DNA of 64,000 nucleotides from NCBI RefSeq assembly GCF_054482525.1, contig NZ_CM137006.1; one strand, 5' to 3'. Shown piece by piece: positions 33,605 to 45,887 of this stretch (position 1 is its first letter; each line of letters starts with the position of its first letter). The notes under the pieces were generated by a model. It saw only the letters and a program-made list of their open reading frames with translations, ran no database searches and was not told where the DNA came from. The position numbers and the translations under genes were made by a program.

Positions 33605-33859
33605 GCCTCGTTTCCCTCATACTGGTTTCTGGTGGAAAAGAAAACAGTGATTACTAAATGTGCAATCACAGTTAAGCAATACCGCGAATCATAACTGCCG
33701 TCAATGCGCAAAATTCACGCCACTGTCATATTTGTGAGCTACACGGGCATGTCGGTTGTACAAAAAATGTGAAGAGGAACAACTTTTTCCGCACCTTAGA
33801 AACAAAAAAACCGCCTCAGGCAACATACCGGAGACGGTTATATTTACAAATCTTTATAA

Positions 33860-34423
33860 TTAAGGTAGACGCTTTATCTCTTGCGCAATAGAAGCGGCTT
33901 CCTGACTCCAGACACTGGCCAGTACTTTAACCATCTCATCGTAACCATCCTGAGTTTGCACCCCTTCCAGACGGAACGGACGTTTGATCAGTTGTCCCTG
34001 GTGGTTCAACAGCCATTCACCACTGACAATGACCTTGCCATCATAGCGACCGTTAAACTCCGTTACGGTAACATTGAGCGTGTCCTGGGCGCTTCCCAGA
34101 GGCTGGGAGGCAACCACCCAGCCGGGCAGTTGCGTACTCAGGTTGGCAACCAGAGTGTTGCGCAACTGTTGATCCAACGGGCTGGCCCACAAGTTGTTGT
34201 TGGCAATCACATACTTCACATCACTGGTTTGATAAACCACACCATTTCCGGCCAGATAGTCAGGAACAGCGAACTGCTCTACCCATAACAGGCGATTACC
34301 CTGGCTGGCGGTACTTTGTGTACCGCTCTGCACCACAGGTAACTGGTAATAGTTTTTATTAATTTCGCCGGAGCTGCATCCGGCCAGCCACAGTGCTGCA
34401 ATCGTCACTAGCCACTTTTTCAT
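33860..34423 (-). CDS. pqiC: PqiC (YmbA), outer-membrane lipoprotein of the Pqi intermembrane transport system
   Basis: 187-aa ORF with lipobox (MKKWLVTIAALWLAGCSS). Confidence 0.93.
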   Translation of the reverse strand: MKKWLVTIAALWLAGCSSGEINKNYYQLPVVQSGTQSTASQGNRLLWVEQFAVPDYLAGNGVVYQTSDVKYVIANNNLWASPLDQQLRNTLVANLSTQLPGWVVASQPLGSAQDTLNVTVTEFNGRYDGKVIVSGEWLLNHQGQLIKRPFRLEGVQTQDGYDEMVKVLASVWSQEAASIAQEIKRLP

Positions 34424-36060
34424 TGTTTCGCCCTCTTCGGCTCTGGATCTTTTTTGTCCTTCGCTTCAAATACCAGCGCGTTACTCTTCTCATTGAGCGT
34501 TTTCAGCACCGGTTGCAGTTCTCGCAACACCTGATCAAGGCGCTGCATATCCGCCACCATCTTGTTGTAGGCTGCGGAGCCAGGCTGGAAGCCCTGCATA
34601 CTGCGATTCAATTCACGCAACGTTGACTGCATATCCGTCGGTAACTGCTGCATCGACTGGCTGGCGAGGATCTTGTTCATGCTATCCAGCGTCGTTTGCA
34701 GGTTTTTCATTGTGCGCTGACTTTCAGAAAGCGTACTGGTTGCCTGTTCAATCATCGGATTCAATGGCAGTTTGTTGATCTTATCCAACGCTTCCATCAG
34801 TCGTTGCTGGATTTGCGCCAGACCGCCGCTAACGGTCGGGATAATCTGATAACCATTAAATTCACGAATACCGGTTATTGCAGGCGTATTTGGATAGAAA
34901 TCGAGATCAACATACAGTGCGCCAGTGACCAGGTTTCCGGTTTTCAGCGATCCACGTAAACCACGTTTCAACAATTCGCCAAGGTGCTCAACAACATCCG
35001 CATTTTCGCCAAGCTGCATTTTCAGCCGCTCTGGCTCGATACGAATCAGTACCGGAATACGGTAATCATCGTTAAATGTCTGACGCATATTCGGCGCAAA
35101 GAATGGCACTTTGCTTACGGTACCCAGGCGAATACCCCGGAATTCTACCGGAGCTCCCGGTTGCAGACCGCGTACCGAATCTTTAAAGAACATCAGATAA
35201 TCAATGTGATCGGTGTACAACGAATCCTGAATGCTCTTCTGATCATCATACAAAACGAAAGCTGTTTTCGGTGCCACTGGCTGCCCTAAATCCAGACCTT
35301 CCGGCACATCAAAGCTGACACCGCCACTAAGCAGCGTTGTCAATGAGCCCATCTCCACACGCATTCCCGCTGACGTCAAATCAACCGCAATGCCACTATC
35401 TTTCCAGAAGCGAACATTGCTGGTCACCAGTCGGTCATAAGGTGCATTGATGAACAGTTGATAGCTGATATTGCGTTTTTGCGTATCGAAGGTGCTGGTT
35501 TCAACCGAACCTACCCGATAGCCACGGAACAGCACGGGATCTCCTGGCGAGAGCTGCCCGGCTTTTTTGCTATCGAGAATCACACGGATACCTTTCGCAT
35601 CAGGCGGGGCCAACGGTGGCGAGTCCAGCAAATCGTATTTATCCATTTTGCTGCCTTTCGCGCCTGGCTGCAGTTCGATATAAACCCCAGACAGCAGCGT
35701 TCCCAGGCCGCTAATCCCTTCTCGACCAATCTGCGGTTTCACCACCCAAAAGACGGTATCTTTATGCAGCAATTTTTCCATACCGGAATTCAGCCGCGCT
35801 TTGATTTCAACGTGCGTCAAATCATCAGCCAGTGTGGCGCTTTCAACCACGCCGACGTCAACGCTACGGCTTTTAATGGTGGTTTTACCACCTTCTATTC
35901 CTTCCGCATTCGCGGTGATCAGGGTCACTTCCGGCCCCTGATGGCTGTAATGATAAAAAAGAACCCAGGCCCCAATGAGCGCCGTGACGATAGGAAATAT
36001 CCACACGGGAGACCAGTTCTTCACTTTCTGGATTTTGGCTTCCCCATTATTAGATTCCAT
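34420..36060 (-). CDS. pqiB: PqiB, MCE-domain intermembrane transport protein
   Basis: Track ORF 34420-36120; start at MESNNGEAKIQKVKNWSPVWIFPIVTALIGAWVLFYHY... (546 aa); three MCE repeats and a C-terminal coiled coil. Confidence 0.93.
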   Translation of the reverse strand: MESNNGEAKIQKVKNWSPVWIFPIVTALIGAWVLFYHYSHQGPEVTLITANAEGIEGGKTTIKSRSVDVGVVESATLADDLTHVEIKARLNSGMEKLLHKDTVFWVVKPQIGREGISGLGTLLSGVYIELQPGAKGSKMDKYDLLDSPPLAPPDAKGIRVILDSKKAGQLSPGDPVLFRGYRVGSVETSTFDTQKRNISYQLFINAPYDRLVTSNVRFWKDSGIAVDLTSAGMRVEMGSLTTLLSGGVSFDVPEGLDLGQPVAPKTAFVLYDDQKSIQDSLYTDHIDYLMFFKDSVRGLQPGAPVEFRGIRLGTVSKVPFFAPNMRQTFNDDYRIPVLIRIEPERLKMQLGENADVVEHLGELLKRGLRGSLKTGNLVTGALYVDLDFYPNTPAITGIREFNGYQIIPTVSGGLAQIQQRLMEALDKINKLPLNPMIEQATSTLSESQRTMKNLQTTLDSMNKILASQSMQQLPTDMQSTLRELNRSMQGFQPGSAAYNKMVADMQRLDQVLRELQPVLKTLNEKSNALVFEAKDKKDPEPKRAKQ

Positions 36061-36064
36061 ACTG

Positions 36065-37318
36065 TCAGGACTCCTCATGCTCTGATTCAGGTTGACGATC
36101 CCACGACAAACGCGGGTCAAACGTCATAGCAGAAAACATTGTCATTATGACGACTAAAGCAAACATTAATGCACCCATTGCCGGATAAATACTCATTAAA
36201 CCTCCCATACGCACCAGCGCCGAGAGCACCGCGATAACGAAAACGTCAATCATCGACCAGCGGCCTACAAACTCAACAACTTCATAAATCAAATGCATTC
36301 TTTCACTGTCGCGCTTGCCATGCCCTTTGGCATCCCAACACAGCCACGCGATGGCGATCATCTTTAACGTTGGCACCATAATACTGGCCAGAAAGATCAC
36401 CGCAGCGACGGGATAAGAGCCTTCGCTCCATAATAGGATGACCCCAGCGAGAATCGTCGATGGCATCTTCGAGCCTAATAAATCCGTCACCATGATGGGC
36501 AAAATATTAGCCGGAAGATACAGCATGATGGACGTAACAAGCAGCGCGAGTGTCCATTGCAGGCTGTTTCTACGCCGAACGTACCCTTTGGTACTACAGC
36601 GCGGGCATACGGGTTCGTCAGCAGGAAGGATTGCCGTACAACAGGAGCATGAACGCAGCCCCTGACGTATCCCCGTGACGCCTAGTTTTAGCGGCTGGCG
36701 CAGTTCTGGCATCGGGGCGATATCGTCCCATAACCAGCGACGATCAACGCACTGAAAGGCGCGCAGTTGCAGGACACAAAATAAACACCAGGGGAGAAAG
36801 CTACTGCCGACACCAATGCTGCCGTAGGCCATCAGTTTAACGAAACTGACCAGCACTCCCGCGAGGAAAATCTCCGCCATTCCCCAGGTTTTGAGTTGAA
36901 AAAGCACCCGTGCCAGTTGCTCTTTTAAACGGACCGGTAATTCCGCGCGATTCACCAGTAACAGAATGGTTATCAGACAAAACGCGGGAACCAGTTGCAC
37001 AAACAACAGGAAAAAGGTGCCGAGGCTGGCGTAGTCCTCAGAAAAAAGCACGCCGGGAATTTCCAGTAATGTAATTTCACTGGTGACTCCCGCAACGTTC
37101 ATATTCACAAAAGGAAACAAGTTGGACAGCAACAGCATGAACAGTGCAGCCAACGCATAGGCGGTGGGACGCTGCCGAGGGGCATCCCACGCCACGGTTA
37201 ACGTTGTGCCACACCGGGGACATGCCGCTTTCTGACCATGCTCAAGGCGCGGTAACGCCACCAGCATGTCACACTGCGAGCACAGGATGTGCTTCGCGGC
37301 ATGATGATGTTCGCACAT
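36065..37318 (-). CDS. pqiA: PqiA, paraquat-inducible integral membrane protein
   Basis: 417-aa ORF MCEHHHAAKHILCSQCDMLVALPRLEHGQKAACPRCGTTL... with duplicated zinc-ribbon-plus-TM modules. Confidence 0.93.
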   Translation of the reverse strand: MCEHHHAAKHILCSQCDMLVALPRLEHGQKAACPRCGTTLTVAWDAPRQRPTAYALAALFMLLLSNLFPFVNMNVAGVTSEITLLEIPGVLFSEDYASLGTFFLLFVQLVPAFCLITILLLVNRAELPVRLKEQLARVLFQLKTWGMAEIFLAGVLVSFVKLMAYGSIGVGSSFLPWCLFCVLQLRAFQCVDRRWLWDDIAPMPELRQPLKLGVTGIRQGLRSCSCCTAILPADEPVCPRCSTKGYVRRRNSLQWTLALLVTSIMLYLPANILPIMVTDLLGSKMPSTILAGVILLWSEGSYPVAAVIFLASIMVPTLKMIAIAWLCWDAKGHGKRDSERMHLIYEVVEFVGRWSMIDVFVIAVLSALVRMGGLMSIYPAMGALMFALVVIMTMFSAMTFDPRLSWDRQPESEHEES

Positions 37319-37447
37319 TGGTACTCCTTAATGATGCGCTATTTTACAGATGACGAACAAAGTGTTGGTTTTCATGCCTGATAAACCCAGTTCATCAGGC
37401 AATTTTACCATTGTCAGCTGTCTCTGTTTAAATCGACTATTTTGCGA

Positions 37448-39355
37448 TCAGCCACCATTTTTTAACGCTTCAAGATACTCCCAGCGTTCAAAGGCTTGCT
37501 CCAGCTCCTGCTCTGCAGCAGCCATATCGGCGAGCACTTTTTGTGTCTGCTCATGGGGCTGACTGAAGAAGGAAGCATCCGCCACCTGCGTCTGTAGGGC
37601 TTCCAGCTTCGCCTCCAGATCTTCGAGCAATTGCGGTAGCTGCTCCAGTTCGCGCTGCAATTTATAGCTTAGTTTGCTACTGCTGCGTTTTACAGTTTCT
37701 GCTTTTGGCGCGGCGGCTTCTTCGATTTTTTTCACCGCAGGCTGTTTGAGCGCCACATACTGTTCTTGCTGACCACGGGCATCATGATAACCGCCGACAT
37801 AACGACCAATTTTACCGCCGCCTTCGAAGATCCAGCATTCTGTAACGGTGTTATCGACAAACTGACGATCGTGGCTCACCAGCAATACCGTGCCCTGGTA
37901 GCTGTCGATCAGTTCTTCCAGCAGTTCCAGCGTTTCAACATCAAGATCGTTGGTCGGTTCGTCAAGAATCAATAAGTTGCTTGGTTTGAGGAACAAACGC
38001 GCCAACAACAATCGGTTACGCTCACCGCCAGAAAGCGCACGTACCGGCGTCATCGCCCGTTTCGGATGGAACAGGAAGTCCTGCAAATAGCCCAAAACAT
38101 GGCGTGGCTTGCCGTTAACCATCACCTCTTGCTTACCTTCAGCAAGGTTATCCATCACCGTTTTATCGGGATCCAGTTCCGCACGGTGCTGATCGAAATA
38201 AGCCACTTCCAGTTTGGTGCCAACGTGAATACGCCCGCTGTCCGCCTGAAGCTGACCGAGCATCAGTTTCAGCAGCGTGGTTTTGCCGCATCCATTCGGA
38301 CCAATCAGGGCAATTTTGTCGCCACGTAGAACCTGGGCAGAAAAATCTTTCACCAGTTGCTTACCGTCGACCTGGTAGCAAACGTCTTCCATTTCGAAAA
38401 CGATCTTACCGGAGCGGCTGGCCTCTTCCACCTGCATCTTTGCGGTACCCATCACTTCGCGACGTTCGCCACGCTCGCGACGCATTGCTTTCAGGGCGCG
38501 TACGCGGCCTTCATTACGGGTACGGCGTGCTTTGATCCCCTGGCGGATCCACACCTCTTCCTGCGCCAGTTTGCGATCGAACTCGGCATTTTGTAGTTCT
38601 TCCACGCGCAGGGCTTCTTCTTTTTCCAGCAGGTACTGGTCGTAATTCCCTGGATAGGTCACAAGCTTGCCGCGATCGAGATCAACAATGCGCGTCGCCA
38701 TATTGCGGATAAACGAACGGTCGTGGGAGATGAAAATTATCGTCCCATTGAAGGTTTTAAGGAATCCTTCCAGCCAGTCGATGGTTTCGATATCCAGGTG
38801 GTTAGTCGGTTCGTCGAGCAGCAATACGCGCGGATTGCTCACCAGCGCGCGTCCTAATGCCGCTTTACGCAACCAGCCGCCAGAAAGCGACGACAGCGCA
38901 ACATTAGGATCTAACCCCAGTTGCGCCAGCACTTCGTTAATGCGGTTTTCCAGCTGCCACAGGTTGTGGTGATCCAGCTGTTCCTGAACCTTCGCCAGTT
39001 CGTTGAGATTTTTCTCGCTCGGGTCGTTCATCACCAGGCGCGAAATATCGTGATAGCGTTTCAGGTATTCCGCTTGTTCTTCAATGCCTTCGGCAACGAA
39101 ATCATAAACACTCCCCTCAACGTTACGCGGCGGATCCTGTTGCAGACGAGCGACAATCAAATCTTGCTCGTAAATAATGCGACCGTCATCCAGCCCTTGT
39201 TCACGGTTGAGGATTTTCATTAACGTCGATTTGCCTGCGCCGTTGCGGCCCACCAGACAAACACGTTCGTTATCTTCGATATGCAGTTCTGCGTTATCGA
39301 GAAGCGGCGCGTCGCTGAACGACAGCCATGCGCCATGCATACTGATTAATGACAT
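37448..39355 (-). CDS. uup: Uup, ABC-F family ATPase (tandem ABC domains)
   Basis: 635-aa ORF with two Walker A motifs (GRNGAGKST and GPNGCGKTT) and two ABC signatures (LSGGW, LSGGE). Confidence 0.95.
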   Translation of the reverse strand: MSLISMHGAWLSFSDAPLLDNAELHIEDNERVCLVGRNGAGKSTLMKILNREQGLDDGRIIYEQDLIVARLQQDPPRNVEGSVYDFVAEGIEEQAEYLKRYHDISRLVMNDPSEKNLNELAKVQEQLDHHNLWQLENRINEVLAQLGLDPNVALSSLSGGWLRKAALGRALVSNPRVLLLDEPTNHLDIETIDWLEGFLKTFNGTIIFISHDRSFIRNMATRIVDLDRGKLVTYPGNYDQYLLEKEEALRVEELQNAEFDRKLAQEEVWIRQGIKARRTRNEGRVRALKAMRRERGERREVMGTAKMQVEEASRSGKIVFEMEDVCYQVDGKQLVKDFSAQVLRGDKIALIGPNGCGKTTLLKLMLGQLQADSGRIHVGTKLEVAYFDQHRAELDPDKTVMDNLAEGKQEVMVNGKPRHVLGYLQDFLFHPKRAMTPVRALSGGERNRLLLARLFLKPSNLLILDEPTNDLDVETLELLEELIDSYQGTVLLVSHDRQFVDNTVTECWIFEGGGKIGRYVGGYHDARGQQEQYVALKQPAVKKIEEAAAPKAETVKRSSSKLSYKLQRELEQLPQLLEDLEAKLEALQTQVADASFFSQPHEQTQKVLADMAAAEQELEQAFERWEYLEALKNGG

Positions 39356-39366
39356 TACTATTCCTT

Positions 39367-41475
39367 TCAGGCTACGGTAATCAGCCAGCAGTTGTGGATC
39401 TGGCGGTTACGGGCGAAATCCTGGGAGAGCGTTTTTTGCGTAATTTCTTGTGCTTTCAGTCCCAGTTTTGCCAGGCCGTCGAGATCCATACGGAAGCCAC
39501 GTTTGTTGTTCGAGAACATGATCGTCCCACCTGCACGCAGCAGACGTTTCAGATCTTTCATCAGCGCCAGATGATCGCGCTGAACATCAAACGCATCTTC
39601 CATTCGTTTTGAGTTAGAGAAGGTTGGCGGATCGATAAAGATCAGATCGAACTGTTCATTTGCCTCACGCAGCCACGCCAGGCAATCGGCCTGAATCAGG
39701 CGATGCGCACGCCCGGTTAGGCCATTCAGACGCAGGTTGCGTTCTGCCCACTCCAGATAAGTACGCGACATATCCACGGTGGTGGTGCTGCGTGCACCGC
39801 CTAATCCCGCGTGCACGGTGGCGCTGCCGGTATAAGAGAACAGGTTGAGGAAATCTTTGCCTTTGCTCATCTGACCGAGCATACGACGGGCGATACGGTG
39901 ATCGAGGAACAGACCGGTATCGAGGTAATCCGTCAGGTTCACCCACAAGTGAGCGTTATATTCGGTAACTTCGAGAAACTCGCCCTTCTCGCCCAGTTTC
40001 TGGTACTGATTTTTGCCCTTCTGGCGTTCACGGGTTTTCAGCACCAGTTTGTTTGGCGCAATCCCCAATACCGAAATGGTTGCAGCGATAATATCGAACA
40101 GACGCTGACGCGCTTTGTGCGCATCAATAGTTTTTGGCGGCGCATACTCCTGCACCACCACCCAATCGGCGTAGCGGTCAACTGCAACGTTGTATTCCGG
40201 TAGATCGGCGTCGTACAGGCGGTAGCATTCAATGCCTTCCTGACGCGCCCACTTCTCGAATTTTTTGAGGTTCTTACGCAGACGGTTGGCGTAGTCTTCT
40301 GCCACCATTGCCGGTTTGCTGTCTGGTGTGCTTTCGGCAACGTGGTAATTTTTCTGCACGCAGTCTAATGGACCGTTTTTCGCTTTGTACTGTTTGTCTG
40401 CACGCAACTGCAGGCAACTTAACAGATCCGGCGAGGCACTGAATAAAGAGAGATTCCAGCCACCGAACTGGTTTTTCATGATTCGGCCCAGCAGACTATG
40501 CAGCGCAATCAGCGCCGGTTCGCTGTCCAGACGTTCACCGTATGGCGGGTTGCTCAACACTGTACCGTACGGCCCTTTCGGCAGCGGATTGGTCAGTTGC
40601 GCGACATCTTTCACCTCAAAGGTGATCAGTTCACCAATCCCCGCAAGACGGGCGTTAGTGCGCGCACGTTGAATCACCCGTGCGTCGCTGTCCGAACCGT
40701 AAAAATGAGAGCTATACTCAGCCAGGCCTTTACGGGCGCGAGTTTGCGCTTCCGCTTTCACTTCCTGCCAGATAGCTTCATCATGCTGCGCCCAGCCGCT
40801 AAAGCCCCAACGCCCACGGTGCAAGCCTGGTGCGCGATCGGTCGCCAGCATCGCCGCTTCAATCAGCAACGTACCGGAACCACACATCGGATCGAGCAGC
40901 GGTGTTCCTGGCTGCCAGCCGGATCGCATCACAATCGCGGCTGCCAGGGTTTCTTTGATCGGCGCAATACCAGCACGATCGCGATAGCCACGCAGATGTA
41001 AACCATCACCACTGAGATCAAGGGCGATACTGGCGGTTTCTTTATGCAGCCAGACGTTAACGCGGATATCCGGCGCATCGCGATCAACATTTGGACGCGG
41101 CAGATTTTTCCGCGTGAAAGCATCGACAATCGCGTCTTTCACTTTCATCGCACCGTACTGACTGTTGCGGATGGTGTCATTCAAACCACTGAAGTGGACA
41201 GCGAAGGTCGCGCCAGGATTAAACATCTCTGTCCAGTTGATCGCCTGAACACCGAGATAGAGGTCTAAATCGCTGTAAACCTTACACTCGCCCAGCGGCA
41301 ACATAATACGCGAGGCCAGGCGGCTCCACATCAGGCTCTGGTAAACAAGCCGTGTGTCGCCCTTGAAATGGACCCCACCCTGAACCACCTGGCATTCAAC
41401 GGCCCCCAGGTTTTCCAGTTCAGTTTTTAACAGCTCTTCCAGCCCACGGGCCGTACTGGCAAACAGAGAATTCAT
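39367..41475 (-). CDS. rlmL: RlmKL (RlmL), bifunctional 23S rRNA m2G2445 / m7G2069 methyltransferase
   Basis: 702-aa [43 protein letters not shown]... with THUMP plus two MTase domains. Confidence 0.95.
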   Translation of the reverse strand: MNSLFASTARGLEELLKTELENLGAVECQVVQGGVHFKGDTRLVYQSLMWSRLASRIMLPLGECKVYSDLDLYLGVQAINWTEMFNPGATFAVHFSGLNDTIRNSQYGAMKVKDAIVDAFTRKNLPRPNVDRDAPDIRVNVWLHKETASIALDLSGDGLHLRGYRDRAGIAPIKETLAAAIVMRSGWQPGTPLLDPMCGSGTLLIEAAMLATDRAPGLHRGRWGFSGWAQHDEAIWQEVKAEAQTRARKGLAEYSSHFYGSDSDARVIQRARTNARLAGIGELITFEVKDVAQLTNPLPKGPYGTVLSNPPYGERLDSEPALIALHSLLGRIMKNQFGGWNLSLFSASPDLLSCLQLRADKQYKAKNGPLDCVQKNYHVAESTPDSKPAMVAEDYANRLRKNLKKFEKWARQEGIECYRLYDADLPEYNVAVDRYADWVVVQEYAPPKTIDAHKARQRLFDIIAATISVLGIAPNKLVLKTRERQKGKNQYQKLGEKGEFLEVTEYNAHLWVNLTDYLDTGLFLDHRIARRMLGQMSKGKDFLNLFSYTGSATVHAGLGGARSTTTVDMSRTYLEWAERNLRLNGLTGRAHRLIQADCLAWLREANEQFDLIFIDPPTFSNSKRMEDAFDVQRDHLALMKDLKRLLRAGGTIMFSNNKRGFRMDLDGLAKLGLKAQEITQKTLSQDFARNRQIHNCWLITVA

Positions 41476-41718
41476 ATCGTCACTTTTACTCTAAGAGCCT
41501 ACCGCAGTAGGCGTAATTGTTGCAGTCAGTCTGGACATGGACAGCGCGGAGAAACCGGAGCGTACACAAGTACGTGAGGATTTCGAGCACTTCCCTGGGC
41601 CAAACTGACAAATAAAATAGCCTAATGGGACAGGCGCTAAGAAAATTGTTGCGCATTATAGCTAATAAGCGCGTCATGTCATAAAGTTGAGGGCTTATTT
41701 TCATTTGAGGACCGCACC

Positions 41719-42828
41719 GTGGCGACATTAACCCGGCTTTTTATTCATCCTGTTAAATCGATGCGCGGCATTGGTCTTACACATGCTCTGGCAGATGTCA
41801 GTGGTCTGGCCTTCGATCGCATCTTTATGATCACGGAACCTGACGGTACGTTTATTACCGCTCGCCAGTTTCCGCAAATGGTACGGTTTACTCCTTCACC
41901 TGTGCATGATGGCTTGCATCTCACCGCACCAGATGGCAGTAGCGCATATGTTCGTTTTGCTGATTTCGCCACACAAGACGCACCAACCGAAGTTTGGGGC
42001 ACACATTTTACCGCGCGAATTGCGCCAGACGCGATCAACAAATGGCTAAGTGGATATTTCTCCCGCGAAGTGCAGTTGCGCTGGGTGGGGCCACAAATGA
42101 CGCGGCGCGTGAAACGCCACAACACTGTACCCCTGTCATTTGCTGATGGCTATCCTTACCTTCTTGCTAACGAAGCCTCGTTACGTGATCTCCAACAACG
42201 TTGTCCGGCCAGTGTAAAAATGGAGCAATTCCGCCCTAATCTGGTGGTTTCCGGCGCGTCAGCCTGGGAAGAAGATAGCTGGAAAGTGATTCGTATTGGT
42301 GATGTGGTGTTTGATGTGGTTAAACCTTGTAGCCGCTGTATTTTCACCACCGTCAGCCCAGAAAAAGGGCAAAAACATCCGGCAGGCGAACCATTAAAAA
42401 CATTGCAATCTTTCCGCACTGCCCAGGATAACGGCGATGTCGATTTTGGCCAGAATTTAATTGCCCGTAATAGCGGCGTAATTCGCGTTGGCGATGAGGT
42501 GGAAATTCTGGCAACGGCTCCGGCTAAAATTTACGGCGCAGCCGCCGCTGATGATACCGTCAACATCACGCAACAACCGGACGCAAATGTAGATATTGAC
42601 TGGCAGGGACAGGCATTTCGTGGAAATAACCAGCAGGTGTTGCTGGAGCAATTAGAAAATCAGGGAATTCGTATCCCTTATTCTTGCCGCGCGGGCATTT
42701 GTGGAAGTTGCCGTGTTCAGCTTTTAGAAGGCGAAGTCACGCCGCTGAAAAAATCAGCAATGGGCGATGATGGCACCATTCTTTGCTGTAGCTGTGTACC
42801 GAAGACTGCGCTTAAGCTGACGCGTTAG
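41719..42828 (+). CDS. ycbX: YcbX, MOSC-domain protein with C-terminal 2Fe-2S ferredoxin domain
   Basis: 369-aa ORF starting at GTG 41719 ([19 protein letters not shown]...); C-terminal [11 protein letters not shown] cysteine cluster. Confidence 0.93.
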   Translation: MATLTRLFIHPVKSMRGIGLTHALADVSGLAFDRIFMITEPDGTFITARQFPQMVRFTPSPVHDGLHLTAPDGSSAYVRFADFATQDAPTEVWGTHFTARIAPDAINKWLSGYFSREVQLRWVGPQMTRRVKRHNTVPLSFADGYPYLLANEASLRDLQQRCPASVKMEQFRPNLVVSGASAWEEDSWKVIRIGDVVFDVVKPCSRCIFTTVSPEKGQKHPAGEPLKTLQSFRTAQDNGDVDFGQNLIARNSGVIRVGDEVEILATAPAKIYGAAAADDTVNITQQPDANVDIDWQGQAFRGNNQQVLLEQLENQGIRIPYSCRAGICGSCRVQLLEGEVTPLKKSAMGDDGTILCCSCVPKTALKLTR

Positions 42829-43367
42829 ACTGCCTGTTCGAGGCTGAAGCTGTCAACATTAACCTGCGGTTTCAGCCTGTCGTTCATGATTTTGATGGCG
42901 TCGCCCAGCTGCATCGCGCGACCCGCAATAACAACGCAGGGTTGTGCCAGTAGGCATAGTGCGGCATTTTCGCCAGATTCAACGACCAGCAAATTGACTT
43001 GCTCGTGAGTGTCGCTCAACCAAACGCAGGCCGCATCGCCCGGCATGGGCACCCACATTTCACCATGGGAAACAAAATGCCAGCTTTTCGGCATTTGCGG
43101 TTTGAGATAACGAATTGCTACCAGCGCATTAAGCACCAGTTCGGCTTTTTGTTCTTTAGATAAATTAAAATCGCGGCATTTTTCTTCAAATGAGAAATAG
43201 AGCGCGGCGTCATCAACGCAAAAGCCTGCGGGAGAAAAGGCATCTGGAGTCAACATTTTGCGCGCAAAACGTGAGCGAAATAGCATACCATTGGCTAAAT
43301 CGAGCATCATTCGATCGTGCTCTTCATCGTAATACCAACGCCAGTTATCGTCTGGTTTAATTCGCAT
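42825..43367 (-). CDS. zapC: ZapC, FtsZ-associated cell-division protein
   Basis: Track ORF 42825-43403; start at [34 protein letters not shown]... (180 aa). Confidence 0.93.
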   Translation of the reverse strand: MRIKPDDNWRWYYDEEHDRMMLDLANGMLFRSRFARKMLTPDAFSPAGFCVDDAALYFSFEEKCRDFNLSKEQKAELVLNALVAIRYLKPQMPKSWHFVSHGEMWVPMPGDAACVWLSDTHEQVNLLVVESGENAALCLLAQPCVVIAGRAMQLGDAIKIMNDRLKPQVNVDSFSLEQAV

Positions 43368-43540
43368 TTGCCTCTCCCCTACCCTATAAAACCGCAGCAA
43401 CACAATCCATTGTCGCTTCGCTTAATAACCTCAACAATAAAAGTACAAAATGTCTAAATAAGCAACAGCGATGAATATAAAACAACCAGGGCTGAAAATA
43501 AAGCCCTGATTATCTTATAAAGAGGAATTCGAAGAAATAA

Positions 43541-44551
43541 TTAGATATGGGTAACGATTTCTTTAATCAGCGGCGGACCTTTAAAAATAAAACCAGAATA
43601 AATTTGCACCAGTGAGGCCCCCGCAGCAATCTTTTCACGCGCAGCGATAACCGAGTCAATGCCGCCAACACCGATGATCGGTAAGCGACCGTTTAATTCC
43701 TGTGACAAGCGGCGAATAATTTCTGTGCTTTTTAACTGAAGCGGACGACCACTTAAGCCACCGGTTTGATCGCAATTTTTCATTCCCTGAACCAGAGAAC
43801 GATCGAGAGTGGTATTGGTTGCAATAACGCCATCAATATTATGGCGAACTAAACTATCGGCAACCTGGATCAATTCTTCTTCAGAAAGATCCGGCGCGAT
43901 CTTCACTGCGATCGGCACATATTTATGGTGCATCGCTTGCAAATCATTTTGCTTATTTTTAATCGCGGTTAAGAGATCATCCAGCGCTTCGCCATATTGC
44001 AGTGTGCGTAGTCCTGGGGTATTCGGCGATGAAATATTGATGGCGATATATCCCGCATAAGCATAGATTTTTTCCATACAAATCAGATAGTCATCTTTAC
44101 CCTGCTCCACCGGCGTATCTTTATTTTTGCCGATGTTAATACCCAGGACGCCATCATAATGGGCTTTTTTTACGTTCTCTACGAGGTTATCAACGCCAAG
44201 ATTATTAAAGCCCATACGGTTGATCAAACCTTCGGCATCTACCAGACGAAAGAGACGCGGCTTGTCATTACCTGGCTGTGGACGTGGCGTGACGGTACCG
44301 ATCTCGATCGATCCAAATCCCATCGCGCCTAACGCGTCAATGCACTCCCCGTCTTTATCAAGACCGGCTGCCAGACCAAGCGGATTTTTAAACGTCAGGC
44401 CCATGCAGTTAACAGGTTTCGCAGGCACTTTCTGCCGCACCAGTGCTTCAAACGGCGTTCCGGTAATGCGGCGTAATTGCTGAAAAGTAAACTCATGAGC
44501 GCGCTCTGGATCGAGCTGGAAAAGGGCTTTACGAACGAAGGGGTAGTACAT
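43541..44551 (-). CDS. pyrD: PyrD, dihydroorotate dehydrogenase (quinone), class 2
   Basis: Track ORF 43541-44578; start at [40 protein letters not shown]... (336 aa). Confidence 0.97.
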   Translation of the reverse strand: MYYPFVRKALFQLDPERAHEFTFQQLRRITGTPFEALVRQKVPAKPVNCMGLTFKNPLGLAAGLDKDGECIDALGAMGFGSIEIGTVTPRPQPGNDKPRLFRLVDAEGLINRMGFNNLGVDNLVENVKKAHYDGVLGINIGKNKDTPVEQGKDDYLICMEKIYAYAGYIAINISSPNTPGLRTLQYGEALDDLLTAIKNKQNDLQAMHHKYVPIAVKIAPDLSEEELIQVADSLVRHNIDGVIATNTTLDRSLVQGMKNCDQTGGLSGRPLQLKSTEIIRRLSQELNGRLPIIGVGGIDSVIAAREKIAAGASLVQIYSGFIFKGPPLIKEIVTHI

Positions 44552-44661
44552 GAACTCTCCTGGATTCCCGGTGTGCAAACCGGGGGCGTATTATGTGCGA
44601 GTTCGGACCAAAAGGGAATTGACCTGTGGCAAAAAAAGCGCAAACGTTTTCCGAGCCTGTT

Positions 44662-45372
44662 TCAGAGCAGATTTTGCTCCTTCTTTGCACTCAACCCGCC
44701 GTAATCATTTATCGTCCGCCAGGAGACATGACACGGTGCTATTGCCTGACACCAGCTTGTCTGACGCTGGCTTTTAGGTGGCACAACTCCCGCATTACTT
44801 AACGCTTTACCATTTACGCTCACCTGAATCAGGTTAATGTAGTAAGGCGTTGGGTTAGTGAGTTGTACACCCTGCGAATTCCGTGTCCAGCGTAATTGTT
44901 GATAAGCTTCCAGCGGGTCGCCCGGCAAACCTTCGGGTCGCCAGAACAGTTTAAATACCGAGCGCATCGCCACTTTTACGCTCTGATTTTCAACTTTGCC
45001 GGATGGCACGCTGGCAATGCTTAACTCAAATAGCGTTTCGCGATCCACAGGCAAGATGTCGCTTTCCGTTCTCAGCAAGCGCAACGTGCCTGTAGTACCG
45101 GGCTTCAGGAGAACAAGTGGTGGAGCGACCAGTAGTGGTGCTGACCCTGTCGATGCTTCGCCCCCGGCCCAACGCGTTGGGCGATTGATTTTACTGTTAA
45201 TAAGCCAGGATTCCTGACTGGTATTAGTCAGTGAAATAGATATCGATTCTCTGTCTGCCGGGAAGATAAATCGCGTTCCGCCAACCACCACTCCTGCCTG
45301 CAATTCCCCCGCCACCAGCAGCGATAAAACGGCAAAAATCGCGAGCGTCAATCTGTTCCACGTATTAGTCAT
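44662..45372 (-). CDS. ycbF: YcbF, periplasmic fimbrial chaperone (PapD-like)
   Basis: Track ORF 44662-45399; likely start MTNTWNRLTLAIFAVLSLLVAGELQA (signal peptide); PapD-like chaperone fold motifs. Confidence 0.85.
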   Translation of the reverse strand: MTNTWNRLTLAIFAVLSLLVAGELQAGVVVGGTRFIFPADRESISISLTNTSQESWLINSKINRPTRWAGGEASTGSAPLLVAPPLVLLKPGTTGTLRLLRTESDILPVDRETLFELSIASVPSGKVENQSVKVAMRSVFKLFWRPEGLPGDPLEAYQQLRWTRNSQGVQLTNPTPYYINLIQVSVNGKALSNAGVVPPKSQRQTSWCQAIAPCHVSWRTINDYGGLSAKKEQNLL

Positions 45373-45880
45373 AATGAAGTACAAATGTCGCGCTGGCATT
45401 CACTTTACCCGACTGCACATCGCTATTAACAGGTCGCAATTGCGCATAAAAAGTTAATGGCACCTTACCGCTATGTAGGCTGTAGTCTTTACTCGCCTGG
45501 TTAAGCGGAATCAATATTTTCGCATCATCCAGAATCGCAATTGCCAGCCCACTGGCTGCATCCGTACCACTTTCAATGGACAGCATTTCGCTCTGCATTC
45601 CGTCGGGTGTTCCTGAAAAGGTAACGTCAACCGTGCTGACATCTGTTCCGCAATCCTGCAAATTAATGATGAAAGATTTCTCCGGGCCATAGTTCCCATG
45701 AGAAAAACGTGTCAGCGAGACATCGCCTAACTGCACATTGATTTGCTTGCTATCCTGTGCCAGCACGCATGTATTACGGCGAAACGATCCGCTAATGTTG
45801 ACCGTGCCATCATGGGCAAATAGCTCACAACCCCCCGTTAATCCCAGTAAGAACAGAATCCAGATTATCCGTTTCAACAT
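45365..45880 (-). CDS. ycbV: YcbV, fimbrial-like subunit
   Basis: Track ORF 45365-45928; start at MLKRIIWILFLLGLTGG...; fimbrial subunit fold with conserved Cys pair. Confidence 0.85.
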   Translation of the reverse strand: MLKRIIWILFLLGLTGGCELFAHDGTVNISGSFRRNTCVLAQDSKQINVQLGDVSLTRFSHGNYGPEKSFIINLQDCGTDVSTVDVTFSGTPDGMQSEMLSIESGTDAASGLAIAILDDAKILIPLNQASKDYSLHSGKVPLTFYAQLRPVNSDVQSGKVNASATFVLHYD

Positions 45881-45887
45881 CACTCCT

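Noticed and set aside
35458-36129. 223-aa plus-strand ORF antisense to pqiB
   Set aside because: Antisense to a confidently identified gene; no independent support.
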